A program made the translations under genes and the position numbers. A stretch of 64,000 nt of DNA from Rhina ancylostomus. Its lineage: Eukaryota. Numbering within the stretch: position 1 is the stretch's first letter; each line of letters opens with the position of its first letter. A model generated the notes under the pieces. The model was given only the letters and a program-made list of their open reading frames with translations. It was not told the DNA's origin and did not search any database. Where the stretch lies: contig JARFYF010000119.1 in NCBI GenBank assembly GCA_030265395.1, positions 18,749,811 through 18,813,810 of the forward strand, in the 5' to 3' direction. Positions 61,161 to 64,000 of this stretch are shown here, piece by piece.

Positions 61161-63149
61161 AGATCAAACTGAGTATCAGTGAGCAGGTTGTTGTTGTGGA
61201 ATTGGCAATTCTTTTCATCATTTTGTTGATGATTGATGATGGATAGAAGGAGTTACAAACAGATTTGTCATTTTATAGATAGGATATGCTTGGGCAATTT
61301 TAACCCTTTTTGGGTCCTTCCAGTATTGAGCCTGTGCTGGATTTTTTTTGGCTAGCAGGGCAGCCTCTTCTGGACCACAATCCTCACTACTGAAGCTGGG
61401 ATATTAGAGACCATTGTATTTACTGTATCCATTGCTGCCAGTTCTTTTTTGAAATGATGTGATAAATTGAATGGCCTATCATGTCCACAGAAAGAGGCGG
61501 ATATGGATCATTCACTCAGTATTTCTGTTTAAGATGGGTGTAAATGTTTCAGTCATTTTCTTTGGACCTGTGAGCTGAACTCTATTATTTTTAAGTGTGG
61601 TAATGGTCATTGTGCATTATCTATCCATTTCTCATTTAATTGTTCATTTTCATTCTCATTCATAACAGGATGTGAGTGGATTGCAAAACTTTAATCAAAT
61701 CGGTGCCTTGACTTATTTCAAGCTGCTTCAACTGTTTAGCACAGTGTAAGGTTATTCAGGTAACCTGGTAGTGACCTTTGCACATTCTGTTACAACTTCT
61801 TTGAACTACAGTTGCCTGGCTGAGAGAGATGTTGGGCCATGTGGTTACAGATTGTGGTGGAAAACAATAATACTGCTGCTGATGGGCCACAATGCTTCAA
61901 AGATACCTATTTTCAGTTTCTTTATCTCTTCTGGATCTATCCTATTTAGCATGGTGGCTGGGCCACACAACATGATGGAAGATGGTCTTAATTAGAAAAT
62001 GGGAGTTGCTCACTACAAGAATTGTGGAGTTGTCATACCCATCAATGCTGTAATTTTCAGATACCTCTGTGACCAGTAGATAGGTAAAAACAAAGTCAAA
62101 CAAATTTCCTTACACTTGTTCTCTCACTACCCCACCCTATTATGGTAGCTATGTCTTTCAGAACTACTTGTTGAATCAATTGTTATGAGATCAAGCAAAA
62201 TGATCAATCTTGAAGTCCACCCAGTTAAAAAAAACATTTCTGCATCTTTCAAGTAATTTTCATCATTAACTGATCCTTCAGCTGAGAAAGGTGAAGGATG
62301 TTTTCAGCAGGTTGCTTCCTTGTCCATTTTTGGCTTAATAAAAGCAGATAGAGCCAATGTAAAGGCGAAATCTAGTGATGTTCATAGGATATTGTCTAAT
62401 AGGTGTGCTCTCAGAATTACATCAATGTCAGGTTTGTGCTGTAACCATTTCAGTTTATATTCCCTAAATGTTCATGAGAATATTTCAGGGCTACTGGGCT
62501 TAGCATGTTTGCCTTCTTTGCAAGACAAAGGTTAATAGTAAGTAGACTATAGTGTTTTATTTTTGCAGTTATTTGTATTAAGTTTGTACAATTGAATATC
62601 TTGCCATTTCAGAAAGCATTTAAATATTAATCACTTTGCTATGGTTCAAATCAAAAAAACGTTTAAGTTCAGTAAGGATAGCAGATAATTTTCCCTATTA
62701 TAAGCTAGTTTGGTATTTGATGTCACCTTAACTTTATGCTCAATGTTATTTACAGATTTTTATTTAATTAATTAACTGAATTTACATCCTAAAATCCACT
62801 GTCATGATATGCAAATTTGTTTCAAGATGAGTATCCAGGACTCTGAAGTACTATACCAGCACATAACCATACCCTATACCCTGGTTATTAGATATTCCTG
62901 TAAAAATGCATGCCTAGAGAAGGGGTTCCACAACACAACCTTTTGTATGTGAGCTAACTGTAATGAAAAATGGAATGCATTTGAGAAAAGGGGACTTAAT
63001 GTGAGTTACAGTCTACAATTTTCATTGGAATTATCAGGTCTTTCACACTTGGATATGTGTGGAACCACACATGTATAGTTGCATTCAATAGCCTGGAATT
63101 TGGCCTGAAGGCCACTAGCATGATTTTCTTTTTTTAAATTCTTAAGAAA

Positions 63150-63386
63150 ATTTTATTTACAGCATGGTATCAGGCCCTTCGGGCCCAACGAATCCATACC
63201 GCCCATTTTAAACCCATGTTAACCTACCCATATGCCTTTGGAATGTGGGAGGAAACAGGAGCACCCGGAGGAAACCCACACAGACACAGGAGAATGTACA
63301 AATTCCTTACAGACAGCAACGGGAATCGAACCCCAATCGCTGGCGCTATAGTAGCGTCACACTAACCGCTACGCTACCGTGCCGTC
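63150..63386 (-). mobile_element. Young tRNA-derived V-SINE
   Basis: Reverse complement closely matches 14770-15000; CpGs retained; B box ggttcgattccc. Confidence 0.9.
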
Positions 63387-64000
63387 CAAATCATGCATGC
63401 GTGGTCCATGCCATCTGCAAGCTGCTTTGACAAATGTGGGTTAACAGTGATCTTGAGGTCTGCTGTTATGTTACTTAGAGGGTCTGCCAGAGCAGGTCTG
63501 AGAATCATGCTGGGTACGTTCAAGCATGGATGTGGCGGGTCAAACTGCATGACTCTATTAGGTCCCTTCCACAGGAAGTTAGATACACCAATACACCGAG
63601 AAAGATTAAGAGAAGTTTGAGGTCAATGATGCAGCTTTGTTTTGACACCGAACTTCACTAAGAATGAATTTGTTGTAGATTCCTGGATTAATATCATGGT
63701 TTATATGCCATTGAAGAGCAAGTGTAAAATGGAGATGAATTTCTGTGGGCAGCCACATTTGAGAAAGGTTTCCACCGTCTCTCTTGAATGATAGAGTCAT
63801 AGTTTTAATGAGGTCAGGCAACATCATTATTTTTAATGCTGAACAGCCTCAAATCTACAAACATACCAGCCAGAAGTGCTCATTCAGAATGAACTGGAAG
63901 TGTGCTGCTTGTCATTTGGGTGAAGGACCTAATAATTGATGGGCCTCACCATGGCTGAGGCCAGCACCACCCCAATTGACACTGAGCTGCTGACTACAGT

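Noticed and set aside
57000-64000. Exons of a neighbouring gene such as NECAB1
   Set aside because: No recognisable coding exon found on either strand; the region is mostly LINE and SINE relics.

Overview
AT-rich, intron- and repeat-dominated vertebrate genomic DNA with scaffold gaps. The repeat set (CR1 LINEs, V-SINEs, Deu-domain SINE relics, Penelope elements) points to a cartilaginous fish; that is inference. Nearly all ORFs in the track are spurious or decayed transposon fragments. One spliced gene can be built by hand on the + strand: an orthologue of C8orf88, a small eIF4E-binding, 4E-BP-like protein. Its coding exons are 7767-7848, 17549-17622, 26612-26747, 36319(or 36325)-36431, 43670-43694 and 56759 onward, giving about 141-144 aa with the YSREFLM motif. 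Best leads: (1) about 12 short Penelope-derived inserts that start at a minimal type I hammerhead ribozyme, several with target-site duplications; (2) splice options that could remove the eIF4E-binding exon or change the C-terminus; (3) a 2.5-kb CpG-rich composite block that may be a CR1-mediated transduction; (4) a long intronic hairpin just upstream of an exon. No prokaryote-type system, CRISPR array, tRNA or rRNA gene is supported. Repeat boundaries are approximate and family names come from remembered motifs, not database searches.
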